Positions 39,028 to 50,790 of a stretch of 64,000 bases of DNA are shown one piece after another (the stretch's first letter is position 1; each line of letters begins with the position of its first letter). Below the pieces are notes generated by a model. The model was not told the origin of the DNA. It searched no databases and was given only the letters and a program-made list of their open reading frames with translations. Position numbers and translations under genes: made by a program. Source of the DNA: an uncultured Eubacteriaceae bacterium (GTDB lineage: Bacteria; Bacillota; Clostridia; Eubacteriales; UBA1433); the NCBI GenBank assembly GCA_964533615.1, contig CAZHMK010000008.1:56128-120127 (forward strand), in the 5' to 3' direction.

Positions 39028-39744
39028 TTATTTTGCTTTATTTTCATTGATAAGTTCTTTGAGTTTTTTCAACGCTTTATTCAGTCCGCCTACTTCATCA
39101 ATCAGCCCGATATCAACAGCCTGCTGCCCGATTAATATGCTCCCTATGTCATTGACCATTTCTGTTGTGTTCAGCATGAGCTCTATAAATTTTTCACGTT
39201 TGATTTTTGAACAGGATACCACAAATCTAATGATACGATCCTGCATCTTTTTAAAATATTCAAAACTTTGCCATACCCCGATGACTAATCCGTTTGTGCG
39301 AATAGGATGAAGCGTCATTGTAGCTGTTGGCACGATAAAAGAATAAGTTGTACATACCGCGAGGGGCACACCTATGCTGTGCCCTCCGCCAAGTACAAGC
39401 GATACACTGGGCTTCGAAATACTTCTCACAAGTTCTGCGATTGCCAGCCCGGCTTCCACATCTCCTCCAAGGGTATTGAGCATTAAGAGGACTCCTTTCA
39501 CTTCATCGTCTTCTTCGATCTGTGTAAGAATTGGGATAATGTGTTCATATTTTGTTACTTTTTTTTGTGCTTCCAATATATGTCCTTCAATTTCACCGAT
39601 AATAGGGATTACCTTAATGCCGCTTTTCGCCTCATCTTGCAGCGCCCCTCCAAATTCCTTTATATTTTCTGCTGCTTCCTCAGCATATTTTTCATTTTCA
39701 TCTTTATCTTTTTCATTAATGAATCGATTATCTTTTTTATCCAT
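39028..39744 (-). CDS. tepA: ClpP-like translocation-enhancing protein TepA
   Basis: IIGEIEGH, KYEHIIP, LNTLGGDVEAGLAIAE, GGHSIGVP; conserved position before ftsK. Confidence 0.9.
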   Translation of the reverse strand: MDKKDNRFINEKDKDENEKYAEEAAENIKEFGGALQDEAKSGIKVIPIIGEIEGHILEAQKKVTKYEHIIPILTQIEEDDEVKGVLLMLNTLGGDVEAGLAIAELVRSISKPSVSLVLGGGHSIGVPLAVCTTYSFIVPTATMTLHPIRTNGLVIGVWQSFEYFKKMQDRIIRFVVSCSKIKREKFIELMLNTTEMVNDIGSILIGQQAVDIGLIDEVGGLNKALKKLKELINENKAK

Positions 39745-39829
39745 AAAAAAACCATCTCCTTAAATGATTGGATGGTTTTATTGTGTGTTTTTATTACTGT
39801 TTTATACTATGACATAAAAATTGAATATT

Positions 39830-41014
39830 TTAAAATATTTTTTCATGCAGCAATGCCACAGTCTTTTTTTCATCAGCTTTATCAACTAAAATTGAAATCG
39901 TGGTATAGGAATCCGAAGACTGCCATACTTTTATATTTTGCCCGCTTAATGCACTCATGATTTTTGCTATGATGCCCGGCACTCCTGCGATTCTGGCCCC
40001 CACGATTGTGATCTTGCTGCAATCTTTTTTTATTTCGTAATCTAAGTCCATGCCATCGAGTATTTCCTGTGCTCTATGTAAATCTTCTCTGTCAATGATA
40101 AAGACTGTCTCTCCGATAAAGATATTGATCATATCTATACTGATATGGCACTGTGCCAAAGCATCAAAGAGATTTTCCTCGCTGCCCGTACTTTTTACTT
40201 TAATTTGAACCTGCTTATCTTTTGACGTTATTGCCGTAAATATTTTATTTTTTGTCCATAACTTCGGAACTTTTGAAATAATCGTTCCACCATTGCTGCG
40301 GCCTTTGCGTGTATTGAGCACCACGACAGGTACGCTGCCTTTCTGTGCGTATTCCACCGCACGCGGATGAATGACTCTTGCGCCAAATTCAGCAAGCTGA
40401 AACACTTCTTCATAATCTATTTTTTCAATAATATGCGCATTGTTTACCACTTTTGGGTCAGCGGTCATAACACCGTCTACATCTGTGTAAATTTCAACAC
40501 ATGCAGCGTTTAAAAAAGCGCCGAGTGCCGTTGCCGTGATATCGCTGCCGCCTCTGCCAAGTGTTGTGATATCATAGCCTTCTCCTTGTCCCTGGAATCC
40601 TGCAATAACAGGGATAATATTTTCTTTCAATATATTTAAAATAATTGACGTATCAATATCGACTATATCACTGTTCCCGTAAATACCGTTTGTTTTGATA
40701 CCTGCCTGATAACCGGTTAAAGCTTTCGTGGCATATCCCGCTTTTTTTATGTCTTCTGCTACGATCACGCAAGATATAATTTCCCCGCAGGAAATTAAAA
40801 GATCACGATTTCTCTCGTCAACCGCTTCCCCGTTTGGGAGCATTTCCAAAAGAGTATCTGTGGCATATGGCTCACCTTGTCTGCCCATTGCGGAAACCAC
40901 AACTACCGGGCTGAGCCCTTTTTCCTTGGCATCCGCAATGTTTTGAACGATCATTTGTCGCAGTTCAGGTTTGTTGACGCTCGTTCCGCCATATTTTTGC
41001 ACAACTATTTCCAT
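39830..41014 (-). CDS. dapG: Monofunctional aspartate kinase (DapG-like)
   Basis: VQKYGGTSV, TTLGRGGSD, YTDVDGVMTADP, ACT domains. Confidence 0.9.
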   Translation of the reverse strand: MEIVVQKYGGTSVNKPELRQMIVQNIADAKEKGLSPVVVVSAMGRQGEPYATDTLLEMLPNGEAVDERNRDLLISCGEIISCVIVAEDIKKAGYATKALTGYQAGIKTNGIYGNSDIVDIDTSIILNILKENIIPVIAGFQGQGEGYDITTLGRGGSDITATALGAFLNAACVEIYTDVDGVMTADPKVVNNAHIIEKIDYEEVFQLAEFGARVIHPRAVEYAQKGSVPVVVLNTRKGRSNGGTIISKVPKLWTKNKIFTAITSKDKQVQIKVKSTGSEENLFDALAQCHISIDMINIFIGETVFIIDREDLHRAQEILDGMDLDYEIKKDCSKITIVGARIAGVPGIIAKIMSALSGQNIKVWQSSDSYTTISILVDKADEKKTVALLHEKIF

Positions 41015-41030
41015 TATTTAAAACTCCTTG

Positions 41031-41276
41031 CTATATATCAACCATGATTGTATCCACACCGATTTTGACTATATTTTCCCATGGCACCTGCAAATTCATA
41101 TCTTCATTGGCAAATGAAAAAAATCCTTGTCGAATTTGCCCAAGAACAATAGCTTCCACTTTGCCGGTGTCTTCATTAATAATCAAATCACATGATTTAA
41201 ATTGTGCCATTCTCTGTCCTGTATTAATATTGACAATATCTTTGTCACGCATATCCGATAATCTCATACAAATCAC
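41031..41276 (-). CDS. YlmC/YmxH family PRC-barrel sporulation protein
   Basis: MRLSDMRDKDIVNINTG...VPWENIVKIGVDTIMVD. Confidence 0.88.
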   Translation of the reverse strand: MICMRLSDMRDKDIVNINTGQRMAQFKSCDLIINEDTGKVEAIVLGQIRQGFFSFANEDMNLQVPWENIVKIGVDTIMVDI

Positions 41277-41314
41277 CTCTTAAATAATTTATGAGGTGTA
41301 TTTGTATTATATTA

Positions 41315-41749
41315 CTATCTCCCCGAAGAACCAAATCCGCCCTCGCTGCGTTTTGTACTTTCAAGTTTACTGACTTCAACAAACTCCGCCTTGATATACT
41401 TACAAAATATCATTTGCGCGATCCTGTCGCCTTTTTTTATTTGATAAGGAATATCTGTACAGTTTGTAAAAATAATTTTGATCTCTCCACGATAATCACT
41501 GTCAATTGTACCGATACCATTGACCATCATAAGACCATGCTTTAACGCTAGACCGCTTCGGCATCTGATTTGAGCTTCATAGCCCGATGGCATTTCTATA
41601 TAAAGACCGGTGGGCACAAGGCTAACAGAACCATTTTGCACAAGCGCATCTTCGGCAGCATAAATATCTATTCCTGCCGCCCCGGCTGTCATATATCCGG
41701 GAAGTGGATTTTCTGAATGGTTGATAATTTTTACTTGTATACTGCTCAT
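41315..41749 (-). CDS. dut: dUTP diphosphatase (trimeric)
   Basis: AAGIDI, RSGLA, GTIDSDYRGEI, GDRIAQ, RSEGGFGSSG. Confidence 0.97.
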   Translation of the reverse strand: MSSIQVKIINHSENPLPGYMTAGAAGIDIYAAEDALVQNGSVSLVPTGLYIEMPSGYEAQIRCRSGLALKHGLMMVNGIGTIDSDYRGEIKIIFTNCTDIPYQIKKGDRIAQMIFCKYIKAEFVEVSKLESTKRSEGGFGSSGR

Positions 41750-41779
41750 TTTTTTCTTCCATGGTTTTTCTATATAATA

Positions 41780-43939
41780 CTAACGCCTGTTATGACCGCC
41801 TCTGCCGTTACTGTTATTATGATTTTTCTTATTTGACCGATTATTTTCATGATAACCTTCAGGTTTTGGCAGTAAGTCTTTCATGGAAAGATTGATTCTG
41901 CCCCTGCTGTCGATTTCGGTCACTTTTACTTTTACAATATCACCAACATTAACAACATCGGTAACACTTTTCACATGGTCGTAAGAAAGTTTTGAAATAT
42001 GAACCATACCTTCTTTGCCCGGTAAGAGTTCAACGAATGCGCCAATTTCCATAACGCGCGTTACTTTTCCTTCATATATCTGACCAGCTTCCACATCTTT
42101 AATGATTGCTTCAATCATTTGCTGCGCCTTCTGTGCATTTTCTAAATCCGGAGAAGATATATACGTTTTTCCATCATCCATAATATCAATTTTTACGCCG
42201 GTTTCTTCAATGATTTTATTGATCATTTTCCCGCCTGGTCCAATAACTTCTCCAATTTTTTCATTTGGAAGCTGCATACTCAGCATTCTGGGTGCATACT
42301 TACTCATCTCTGCTCTTGGTTCGCTGATAACTTCTGCCATCTTGCCAAGAATAAATAATCTTCCTTTTCTTGCCTGCTCAAGAGCTTCTTTGAGTATCGC
42401 TTCGTCTATACCGTTTATTTTTATATCCATTTGAATTGCGGTAATGCCATCTTTGGTTCCCGCCACTTTAAAATCCATATCTCCGTTATGGTCTTCAAGG
42501 CCCTGTATATCAGATAAAATACTGATAGAATCTTCTTCTTTGATAAGTCCCATGGCAATGCCTGCCACAGGTGCCTTGATCGGGACCCCTGCGTCCATGA
42601 GAGATAAAGTAGAGCCACACACACTTGCCTGAGAGCTTGAACCGTTAGACATTAATATTTCGGATACAACCCTTATGGTATACGGAAAATCATCCTGCGA
42701 AGGAATCACAGGCTCCAGTGCTCTGCCTGCCAAAGCGCCGTGACCTATCTCACGTCTGCCCGGACCTCTGCTCGGCTTTGTTTCTCCCACCGAATAAGCG
42801 GGAAAATTATAATGATGCATATACCGTTTAAATTCTTCATCTGTAAGACCATCTATGACTTGAACATCAGAGAAAGCACCAAGTGTTACAACAGACATTG
42901 CCTGTGTTTGTCCTCTTGTAAACAAAGCACTGCCGTGCACTCTTGCAAGGAGACCTACTTCACAAGTGATCGGACGGATTTCATCCATAGCTCTTCCATC
43001 AGGGCGAATTTTTTCTTTTGCTATCATTTCTCGCACGATTGATTTTTCTAATTTTTCAACTGCCTGCGATAATTGTTCTTCCTGACCTTCATAATCGGCT
43101 GCAAGCGCTTCCGTAAGTTCTTTGCCAACCTTCTCTACCGCTTCTTCCCGCTCTGCCTTTTCTTCATGACGCAGTGCCTCATCCATTTTTTTCGTTCCGA
43201 TCTCGTTTACTTTTTCAATCATTTCATCAGTTGGAACGTAGTATTCCACTTCTCTTTTCGCTTTGCCGACCTGCTCAATAATTTCTTCCTGAAAAGCAAC
43301 GATTTTCTTGATCTCTTCATGCGCTGTTAAAATAGCTTGTATCATTAACTGTTCGCTTACTTCATTTGCTCCGGCTTCCACCATCATAATAGCATCTTTG
43401 GTGCCGGACACAATTAAATCAAGCTCACTGCCTTCTCTTTGCTCAACAGTCGGGTTAATGATCAGTTCACCGTCTTTATACCCCATAGAAACGGACCCCG
43501 TAGGGCCGTTAAAAGGTATATCTGAGATTGAAAGCGCAATAGACGAACCCACCATAGCTACGAGTTCCGGAAGATTATCCTGCTCTACCGACAGCACAGT
43601 CGCTACAACCTGCACATCATTTCTCATTCCTTTGGGGAAAAGCGGTCGCAGGGGTCTGTCAATTAACCGTGATGACAGTATTGCTTTTTCAGAAGGTCTC
43701 CCCTCTCTTTTGATGAATCCTCCTGGGATTTTACCTACCGAATACAGTTTTTCTTCATAATCCACACTTAAAGGAAAGAAGCTCATACCTTCTCGCGGGA
43801 CTTTACTCATTGATGCCGTTACTAATACATTGGTATCTCCATATCTCATAAATACAGAACCTGAGGCCAGTTGCGCCAATTGCCCTGTTTCTACTATTAA
43901 CTCTCTTTGAGCAAACATAGTTTTAAAAATTTTTTTCAT
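41780..43939 (-). CDS. pnp: Polyribonucleotide nucleotidyltransferase
   Basis: [37 protein letters not shown] and S1 domains. Confidence 0.98.
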   Translation of the reverse strand: MKKIFKTMFAQRELIVETGQLAQLASGSVFMRYGDTNVLVTASMSKVPREGMSFFPLSVDYEEKLYSVGKIPGGFIKREGRPSEKAILSSRLIDRPLRPLFPKGMRNDVQVVATVLSVEQDNLPELVAMVGSSIALSISDIPFNGPTGSVSMGYKDGELIINPTVEQREGSELDLIVSGTKDAIMMVEAGANEVSEQLMIQAILTAHEEIKKIVAFQEEIIEQVGKAKREVEYYVPTDEMIEKVNEIGTKKMDEALRHEEKAEREEAVEKVGKELTEALAADYEGQEEQLSQAVEKLEKSIVREMIAKEKIRPDGRAMDEIRPITCEVGLLARVHGSALFTRGQTQAMSVVTLGAFSDVQVIDGLTDEEFKRYMHHYNFPAYSVGETKPSRGPGRREIGHGALAGRALEPVIPSQDDFPYTIRVVSEILMSNGSSSQASVCGSTLSLMDAGVPIKAPVAGIAMGLIKEEDSISILSDIQGLEDHNGDMDFKVAGTKDGITAIQMDIKINGIDEAILKEALEQARKGRLFILGKMAEVISEPRAEMSKYAPRMLSMQLPNEKIGEVIGPGGKMINKIIEETGVKIDIMDDGKTYISSPDLENAQKAQQMIEAIIKDVEAGQIYEGKVTRVMEIGAFVELLPGKEGMVHISKLSYDHVKSVTDVVNVGDIVKVKVTEIDSRGRINLSMKDLLPKPEGYHENNRSNKKNHNNSNGRGGHNRR

Positions 43940-43975
43940 TTATTTATCCTTCCTTGATTGCTAAATAACAAATAA

Positions 43976-44002
43976 AGGCGGAACTTGAACCAAGCACCGC
44001 CT
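43976..44002 (-). terminator. Terminator after rpsO
   Basis: Minus strand AGGCGG...CCGCCT then TTATTTGTT. Confidence 0.65.
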
Positions 44003-44009
44003 CTTAAAT

Positions 44010-44279
44010 TTACTTTCTCAAATTCAGTTTTGAAATGATATCTCTATATCTTTCAATGTCTTTTTCCACAAGGTAATTTAAGAGTCTCCTTCTTTTACCT
44101 ACCATCATTAACAATCCTCTTGTTGAATGATAATCTTTCTTGTTTGTCTTTAAATGTTCGTTCAGCCTGTCGATTTGTGCCGTTAAAATTGCTATTTGCA
44201 CTTCAGGCGAACCTGTGTCGTTTTCTCCTCGTTTGTATGTTTGTATTATCTGCTTTTTTTCTTCTGTTGATAATGCCAT
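44010..44279 (-). CDS. rpsO: 30S ribosomal protein S15
   Basis: [32 protein letters not shown]. Confidence 0.99.
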   Translation of the reverse strand: MALSTEEKKQIIQTYKRGENDTGSPEVQIAILTAQIDRLNEHLKTNKKDYHSTRGLLMMVGKRRRLLNYLVEKDIERYRDIISKLNLRK

Positions 44280-44282
44280 TTT

Positions 44283-44348
44283 ATTCCTCCATTATAATTT
44301 AGCTATTACCCTGCTATTCGCCGGAACAATCGAATAACTGAGTGATAG
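44283..44348 (-). promoter_or_regulatory. Probable S15 autoregulatory leader
   Basis: Position 5' of rpsO with pairing potential (TTATTCG...CGAATAG); r-leader assignment rests on position and general knowledge only. Confidence 0.4.
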
Positions 44349-45284
44349 TTACAATATTTTTGCGCTTATAAATTTTTTCGCACAATTTGTATCATTATAT
44401 ATTTGTTTTTTAAGTTCGTCAAGACTTTCAAATTTTTTTTCATCTCTTATTTTTTTCAGAAAACAAACTTTTATTTCTTTATCATAAATATTTTCATCAA
44501 AGTCAATAATAAATGTTTCAATTCGGTAGGGATGATTTTTAAATGTAGGATTTTGGCCCACATTCGTAATGGAATAATATTCACTGTCGTGCACGATTGT
44601 TTTTGTTAGATAAACACCGTTTTGAGGCATCACAAGATCTTCAGGCATACGCAGATTAGCTGTCGGAAAACCCAGTTTTCTGCCTAAGCGTTTGCCGTTG
44701 ATTACAGTCGAGGTAACATAAAAAGCTCTTCCCAGCATTGCATTGGCTTTTTCTATATTCCCATCCAACAATGCTTTCCTGATCGTTGTACTACTGATGA
44801 TTTCATCATGAAGACATACTTTATCAACAATTTCAACATCATAAGCATGCCGCTTGCCCATTTGTATTAGGAGCTCCCCGCTGCCCTGCCCATCTTTTCC
44901 GAATCTATTATTAAACCCCACCGTAACTTTTTTTAAATCAAATTTATCAAGCATATATTTTTTTATAAAGTCATCCGCAGTGGTATTTTTTACTTCATCG
45001 TTAAAATGGATATATACAATCATCTCAACGCCCATATTTCTTAGTATTTCTTCTTTTTGACCGCGCGTTGTGATATATCTAATCGTCTTATTTTTGTTGA
45101 TGATATCTTCAGGATGATTATAAAATGTAAGCACAATTTTTTTTGTGTTTTTTATATCCATCATGCGCTCAATTATTTTTTTATGTCCTAAATGAACACC
45201 GTCAAAAACGCCGAAAGCTATAGATGCATTTTTTATTTTTTTTGTGATATCACATACTTTAATTATTTCCATATCCATATTCAA
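44349..45284 (-). CDS. ribF: Bifunctional riboflavin kinase/FAD synthetase
   Basis: FGVFDGVHLGH, ISSTTIR, LGFPTANL, GQNPTF. Confidence 0.96.
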   Translation of the reverse strand: MNMDMEIIKVCDITKKIKNASIAFGVFDGVHLGHKKIIERMMDIKNTKKIVLTFYNHPEDIINKNKTIRYITTRGQKEEILRNMGVEMIVYIHFNDEVKNTTADDFIKKYMLDKFDLKKVTVGFNNRFGKDGQGSGELLIQMGKRHAYDVEIVDKVCLHDEIISSTTIRKALLDGNIEKANAMLGRAFYVTSTVINGKRLGRKLGFPTANLRMPEDLVMPQNGVYLTKTIVHDSEYYSITNVGQNPTFKNHPYRIETFIIDFDENIYDKEIKVCFLKKIRDEKKFESLDELKKQIYNDTNCAKKFISAKIL

Positions 45285-45313
45285 ACATATTTACTATGTA
45301 ATCCTGCTACTTA

Positions 45314-46261
45314 CTAATTTATTTCGATTTTGCTTGCTACATTTTTTATAATCGTATCAATATCCCCGCTTATATTGCAACCGGCCGCTTTTTTATGCCC
45401 GCCCCCACCGTAAGATTTCGCAACGGCCGCCACGTCAAAGTCTCCGTTAGAACGCAGGCTTACTTTGAAAAGTTCTCTATCTGCCTGTTTTATCAAAACC
45501 GCTACTTCCACACTTTCAACATTTCTGAGTATATCAATCATATTTTGGAGCTGCATATCGGCTTCTTCATCCATTATTTTATTTACATAATCATTAAGGC
45601 TGATATATGAAATGATTACCTTATTGCCGCTGAACATTTTTATATTATTAATGATCTTTGAAAGATATGTCAGCCGTGTCAACCCATATTCTTCTATTTT
45701 TTTATTAATTGCGCTGAAATCATCTCTTATTTCATATAATTTGGCAACTTTTCTATGCGTATTTGCTGTCACATTGCTATAGCGAAAATTTCCAGTATCT
45801 GTTGCAAGCGATAAATAAAGCCATGCTGCCGCTTGACTGCTGATTTGAATATTTGCATATTCGTACATGTCAATAATAATTTCCCCCACGGCTGCAGCAC
45901 TTTCGCATACATAGTTCATATCTCCGTATTTTTTGTTCGTGATATGATGGTCAATGACAATGACCTGATTGGCTTTTTCAAGATATTTTCTATCATATAA
46001 ATAATCTAATTCCGAACAATCAAGAGCGATGGCCAAATCAAACGCCTCGGTTGTTGATGCGGAAAAAAAATTCGCCTCATTATTAATCTTTAATTTTTCA
46101 CTTAGCATACTATCTACGATATACGTGATATCTTTGCCCATTTCTTTGAGCATTAATCCCAGCGCACAAACCGACCCTACCGCATCGCCATCGGGCCCTT
46201 TGTGTGTTAAAATTAATATTTTATTGTTTTGTTTTATACTATCTAAGAGCTTACTTATCAT
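45314..46261 (-). CDS. nrnA: DHH/DHHA1 phosphoesterase (NrnA-like)
   Basis: HKGPDGDAVGS, IDHH, DTGNF, SLRS, GGGHKKAAG. Confidence 0.92.
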   Translation of the reverse strand: MISKLLDSIKQNNKILILTHKGPDGDAVGSVCALGLMLKEMGKDITYIVDSMLSEKLKINNEANFFSASTTEAFDLAIALDCSELDYLYDRKYLEKANQVIVIDHHITNKKYGDMNYVCESAAAVGEIIIDMYEYANIQISSQAAAWLYLSLATDTGNFRYSNVTANTHRKVAKLYEIRDDFSAINKKIEEYGLTRLTYLSKIINNIKMFSGNKVIISYISLNDYVNKIMDEEADMQLQNMIDILRNVESVEVAVLIKQADRELFKVSLRSNGDFDVAAVAKSYGGGGHKKAAGCNISGDIDTIIKNVASKIEIN

Positions 46262-46607
46262 TTTTTTTATCTAATTCTTTTAATAATTTATTTATTTTGA
46301 TGCCGTATTCCAAAGTGTCATCCGAGATAAATGTTATCTGTGGTGTATTATATGTTTTTAATACTTTACCCAGCTCTCTTCTCAAAAAGCCTTTTGCATT
46401 ATTGAGTGCATTTGTGACTTCATCTCTTACTTCTTTGCCTTCGATAACACTGATATACACTTTCGCAAATTTAAAATCGTTAGAACAATCTACTTTAACA
46501 ATGCTGACCATTCTGTCTTTAATTCTGTAATCATTAACCTCGTCTCGAATGAGTCTGCTGAGTTCTTTTTTTATCTCTTCATTAATTCTATCTACACGAT
46601 AAGACAA
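46251..46607 (-). CDS. rbfA: Ribosome-binding factor A
   Basis: RVDRINEEIKKELS, AKVYIS, AKGFLRREL, TPQITF. Confidence 0.96.
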   Translation of the reverse strand: MSYRVDRINEEIKKELSRLIRDEVNDYRIKDRMVSIVKVDCSNDFKFAKVYISVIEGKEVRDEVTNALNNAKGFLRRELGKVLKTYNTPQITFISDDTLEYGIKINKLLKELDKKNDK

Positions 46608-46611
46608 ATCA

Positions 46612-48807
46612 TCAAACCCTTTCTATTTCAACCATTTTAAAGCCTTCAATCATATCGCCTTCTTTAAAATCGTTAAATTTATCGATTCCTATTCCACATT
46701 CGTAACCGCTCGCAACTTCCTTAACATCATCTTTAAATCTCTTAAGCGATGTAATAGTGGATTCGGCAATTACAATACCGTCTCGAATAACTCGAACATT
46801 TTCATTACGGTTGATGGCTCCATCTACGATATAACATCCTGCAATCGCTCCAACATTCGGCACTTTGAATATCTGTCTCACTTCGGCAGTACCTGTTGCC
46901 ACTTCTTTAAATTCCGGATCGAGCATACCTTCCATCGCTGCCTGAATATCTTCTATAAGCTCATAAATGATACGATATGTTCTGATATCGACAGTTTCTT
47001 TGGCCGACATTTTTTTAGCATTTGCGTCCGGACGAACATTGAATCCTAATATAAGCGCATTGGACGCTGCCGCAAGCGTTACATCGGTTTCCGTGATACC
47101 GCCCACAGCACCATGAATAATATTGATCTTGACATTTTCATTTGAGAGCTTGAGCAGCGATGCCTTAATTGCTTCAAGAGAACCATGTACATCCGCTTTG
47201 AGGAGAATATTGATTTCTTTTAAATTCCCCTGTTGAATTTTGCTAAACAAATCTTCAAGCGAAATCGGCGCAGATTTTTTCTGTGCATCCGTCTTTTGCC
47301 TGTTAATACGACTTTGCGTTATTTTTTTCGCTTCTTTTTCGTTTTCTACCACATAGAATTTATCACCGGCCACAGGAACTTCTCCAAATCCCATTATTTC
47401 TGCCGGACATGACGGTCCTGCAAATTCCAACTTTTGTCCTTTTTCATTACTCATGGCTTTAATTTTCCCATAGATGCTTCCGCTTACCACAATATCACCA
47501 AGTTTTAATGTTCCCGATTCCACAAGCATTGTAGCGATGGTACCTCGCTGCACATCAAGCTGCGCTTCTATAACGGTTCCGACAGCATTTTTATTTTTAT
47601 TCGCTTTAAGCTCTTCAACTTCGGCAACAAGCAAGATCATTTCAAGCAGTTCTTCAATACCTTCATTTTTCAATGCTGAAATCGGAACACAAATTGTATC
47701 TCCACCGTAATTTTCTGCAACAAGCCCGTATTCTGTAAGTTCCTGCATAACCTTATCGGCATTTGCGGTAGGTTTATCTATCTTGTTGATAGCGACTATA
47801 ATGGGCACCTGTGCCGCTTTCGCATGATTGATTGCTTCAACCGTCTGCGGTTTTACCCCATCATCGGCCGCAACTACCAGCACGGCGATATCTGTCACTT
47901 TAGCACCTCTTGATCGCATTTGAGTAAAGGCCGCATGACCGGGCGTGTCGATAAAAGTGATATCTTCATCTTTTAACTTGACCATATAGGCGCCGATATG
48001 CTGTGTGATCCTTCCCGCTTCGTCCGCAATAACATTTGTATTGCGAATGGCATCAAGCAGTGAGGTTTTTCCATGATCGACATGCCCCATAACAGTCACG
48101 ATCGGCGGTCTCGGCGAAAGCTCTTCTTCATTTTCATAATGTTTTTCAAGTATTCGCTCAACGATATCTTCATCTTCTTCCATAATGACTTCAATACCAA
48201 ATTCCTGACTTACAATATAAGCTGTATCAAAATCTATTTCCTGGTTAATGGTAGCCATCACGCCAAGCGTCATTAGTTTTTTTATAATTTCAATTGAATT
48301 TTTCCCGATTGCTTCCGCAAGTTCTCCCACGGTAAGCATTTGCGGAATAATGATCTCTTGTTCGGCACCTTCTCGGTTTAATCTTTTAAGTTTCTCCTTT
48401 TTATACGTCCCCTTGCTTTTCTTTATAACTTTTGCATTATTCTGTCTGCTTGTTTTTTCATTTGCATTGTTTGCAGTTGCAGGCTTACCCGCAAATTTTG
48501 AACGTTTATCTTTTTTCTTTGTGAAATCGGCGTTTTTTTCTGTATTCTTATTTGCGTTCTTTTTATGTTTATCATTTTTCGACTGAATAGTCGCTTTTAT
48601 CTGACTTTCCTGTTTAGTTTCTGCTTTATTTGAAGCGCCGGCTTGCTTTCCGTAATTATTTTTAAAATACTTCACCTGCTGTTCAGTCAAAGCGCTCATA
48701 TGGTTTTTTGCGGGAATGCCTAAATGATTAAGCTGTTCAACTAATTCTTTGCTGGATATATTCATTTCTTTTGACAATTCATGAACTCTTGTTGCCGCCA
48801 TATACAT
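46612..48807 (-). CDS. infB: Translation initiation factor IF-2
   Basis: [25 protein letters not shown]. Confidence 0.98.
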   Translation of the reverse strand: MYMAATRVHELSKEMNISSKELVEQLNHLGIPAKNHMSALTEQQVKYFKNNYGKQAGASNKAETKQESQIKATIQSKNDKHKKNANKNTEKNADFTKKKDKRSKFAGKPATANNANEKTSRQNNAKVIKKSKGTYKKEKLKRLNREGAEQEIIIPQMLTVGELAEAIGKNSIEIIKKLMTLGVMATINQEIDFDTAYIVSQEFGIEVIMEEDEDIVERILEKHYENEEELSPRPPIVTVMGHVDHGKTSLLDAIRNTNVIADEAGRITQHIGAYMVKLKDEDITFIDTPGHAAFTQMRSRGAKVTDIAVLVVAADDGVKPQTVEAINHAKAAQVPIIVAINKIDKPTANADKVMQELTEYGLVAENYGGDTICVPISALKNEGIEELLEMILLVAEVEELKANKNKNAVGTVIEAQLDVQRGTIATMLVESGTLKLGDIVVSGSIYGKIKAMSNEKGQKLEFAGPSCPAEIMGFGEVPVAGDKFYVVENEKEAKKITQSRINRQKTDAQKKSAPISLEDLFSKIQQGNLKEINILLKADVHGSLEAIKASLLKLSNENVKINIIHGAVGGITETDVTLAAASNALILGFNVRPDANAKKMSAKETVDIRTYRIIYELIEDIQAAMEGMLDPEFKEVATGTAEVRQIFKVPNVGAIAGCYIVDGAINRNENVRVIRDGIVIAESTITSLKRFKDDVKEVASGYECGIGIDKFNDFKEGDMIEGFKMVEIERV

Positions 48808-49084
48808 TTCCCTCCTTTGAATTTTTTATTTCACAAATCTGATCATAAATTTGTGTTTTAATGTCTTGATTTATATCTATTCCAAATACTTTATCAAGCT
48901 TACTTGTGCTTTTGATTTTTTCTATACACTCTTGACTGTCACATACATAAGCACCACGCCCGTTTGCCCTTAGCGTTTTATCAAAAAAGATTTCTCCTTC
49001 TTTATTTTTCACAATTCTAAAAAGCCTTCTCTTATCCGATTTTTCCCTGCAGATCAGGCAACTTCTAATTGGAACTTTTTTCAT
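48779..49084 (-). CDS. ylxR: YlxR (RnpM) family RNA-binding protein
   Basis: [19 protein letters not shown]. Confidence 0.92.
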   Translation of the reverse strand: MKKVPIRSCLICREKSDKRRLFRIVKNKEGEIFFDKTLRANGRGAYVCDSQECIEKIKSTSKLDKVFGIDINQDIKTQIYDQICEIKNSKEGNVYGGNKSS

Positions 49085-49096
49085 ACTATAGCCTCC

Positions 49097-50218
49097 TTAC
49101 TGAGTTAAGTTATTTATCTCATCAACTAAGCTATCAAGCAAGTCCTTTTCTTTTTGAATATCAGAATCGACCACTGGTGCATTTTCATCTTCGCTTTTAC
49201 TTTTAATATCAATTTTCCAACCTGTGAGTTTTGCGGCAAGACGAACATTTTGCCCCTCTTTACCGATAGCAAGCGATAACTGATCATCTGCTACGACAAC
49301 ATAGGCAACTTTATTTTCTTCATCAATATCTACGTCTAAAACTTCAGCGGGACTTAATGCGCTTGAAATATAGACTACCGGGTCTTTATTCCACTTTATG
49401 ATATCAATTTTTTCGCCATTGAGCTCATTTACAATGTTTTGCACACGCAGCCCTCTTGCTCCGACACAGGAGCCCACAGGATCAATATTCTCATCTTCTG
49501 CATATACAGAAATTTTTGCTCGGCTGCCCGCTTCTCTTGCAATAGCTTTAATTTCAACGACTCCCGAATAAATTTCAGGCACTTCCAACTCAAACAACCT
49601 TCTAAGAAGACCAATATGATTTCTCGAGAGAATAATATGAGGTCCTTTTGTCGTTTTCCTCACTTCCGCCACATAAGCTTTAATGCGCATGCCTTGATAA
49701 TAGTGTTCTCCTTTTATTTGATTTGCAACATTCAAAACTCCGTCTGTTTTTCCCAAATCCACTATAATGTTATTATTGCTTTCTTTTCTTTGAATAATCC
49801 CTGTGATCAGTTCCTCTTGTTTTTGATAAAACTCATCATAAATAATATTTCGCTCAGATTCCTTTATTTTTTGAATAACAAGCTGTTTAGCATTTTGAGC
49901 AGCAATTCTTCCAAAATCCTTCGGATTAATTTCTACTTCCAAAAATTCATTGAGCTGAGCATCAGGTTTAATTTTTTGAGCCTGAAGTATACTGATTTCA
50001 TCTTCAAGAGGATGCGTTTCATCTACAACCTGCCTGATGGAGTACACTTTCACATCTCCGGTGCTTCTATCTATTGTAATTTTGATATTTTCCTCGGATC
50101 CGTAATGTTTTTTATACGTGGAAATCAATGCTGTTTCTATCGCTTCAATTAATTCTTCTTTATTAATACCTTTTTCTTTTTGTATTTCTTCTAGTGCTTG
50201 CAAAAATTCTTTGTTCAT
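49097..50218 (-). CDS. nusA: Transcription termination/antitermination factor NusA
   Basis: FGRIAAQNAKQ, S1, IAREAGSRAK, IGKEGQNVRLAAKLTG. Confidence 0.98.
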   Translation of the reverse strand: MNKEFLQALEEIQKEKGINKEELIEAIETALISTYKKHYGSEENIKITIDRSTGDVKVYSIRQVVDETHPLEDEISILQAQKIKPDAQLNEFLEVEINPKDFGRIAAQNAKQLVIQKIKESERNIIYDEFYQKQEELITGIIQRKESNNNIIVDLGKTDGVLNVANQIKGEHYYQGMRIKAYVAEVRKTTKGPHIILSRNHIGLLRRLFELEVPEIYSGVVEIKAIAREAGSRAKISVYAEDENIDPVGSCVGARGLRVQNIVNELNGEKIDIIKWNKDPVVYISSALSPAEVLDVDIDEENKVAYVVVADDQLSLAIGKEGQNVRLAAKLTGWKIDIKSKSEDENAPVVDSDIQKEKDLLDSLVDEINNLTQ

Positions 50219-50234
50219 TTATTTTTTCCTCCAG

Positions 50235-50696
50235 TTAAAACTTATAAGCAAGCTTTGCTTTGCTGATCTTTTCAGTCGGAACTGCAAAAACCATATCTTC
50301 TATTTCAAATAATACTTCTTTTTCATCATCAGATAGCCCAACTATCTTAGCCGTAAATTTTTTTCTTCCTTCATATGCGGTATAAAGCGCTATATCCGCC
50401 AATCTGCCACTGTATTTTTTATAATCACTGATTTTTCTAATAGGCGGACATATTCCGGGAGATGATACCTCCAGGTAATATTTTCCTTCGATAAAATCTC
50501 CTTCATCTAAAAGAGGACTGATATTACGCGAGAATGCTTCACAATCCTGGGTTGTAACGCCGCCTTCCCTATCGACATAAAATCTTAAAATGCGTGCACT
50601 TCCTTCTTTTACAAACTCAATATATACAAGTTCAAGACCTAAAGATTCCGCTGTTTTCTTTGCGATTCCTTCCGTCTTTTGTATGATTTTAGACAT
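50235..50696 (-). CDS. rimP: Ribosome maturation factor RimP
   Basis: YYLEVSSPG; start reassigned to ATG 50696 (MSKII) after GGAGG. Confidence 0.93.
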   Translation of the reverse strand: MSKIIQKTEGIAKKTAESLGLELVYIEFVKEGSARILRFYVDREGGVTTQDCEAFSRNISPLLDEGDFIEGKYYLEVSSPGICPPIRKISDYKKYSGRLADIALYTAYEGRKKFTAKIVGLSDDEKEVLFEIEDMVFAVPTEKISKAKLAYKF

Positions 50697-50718
50697 TTTA
50701 TCCTCCGATATAAAATTC

Positions 50719-50742
50719 AATGAGTGGGTTGCCCCACTCATT
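50719..50742 (-). promoter_or_regulatory. Hairpin in rimP-nusA operon leader
   Basis: AATGAGTGGG-TTGC-CCCACTCATT; a GAGTGGG/CCCACTC hairpin is commonly seen before rimP in Firmicutes. Confidence 0.6.
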
Positions 50743-50790
50743 TCTGCGTCTTTAAGTTTATCATAATCGTTATAATTATGCAACTTATTC

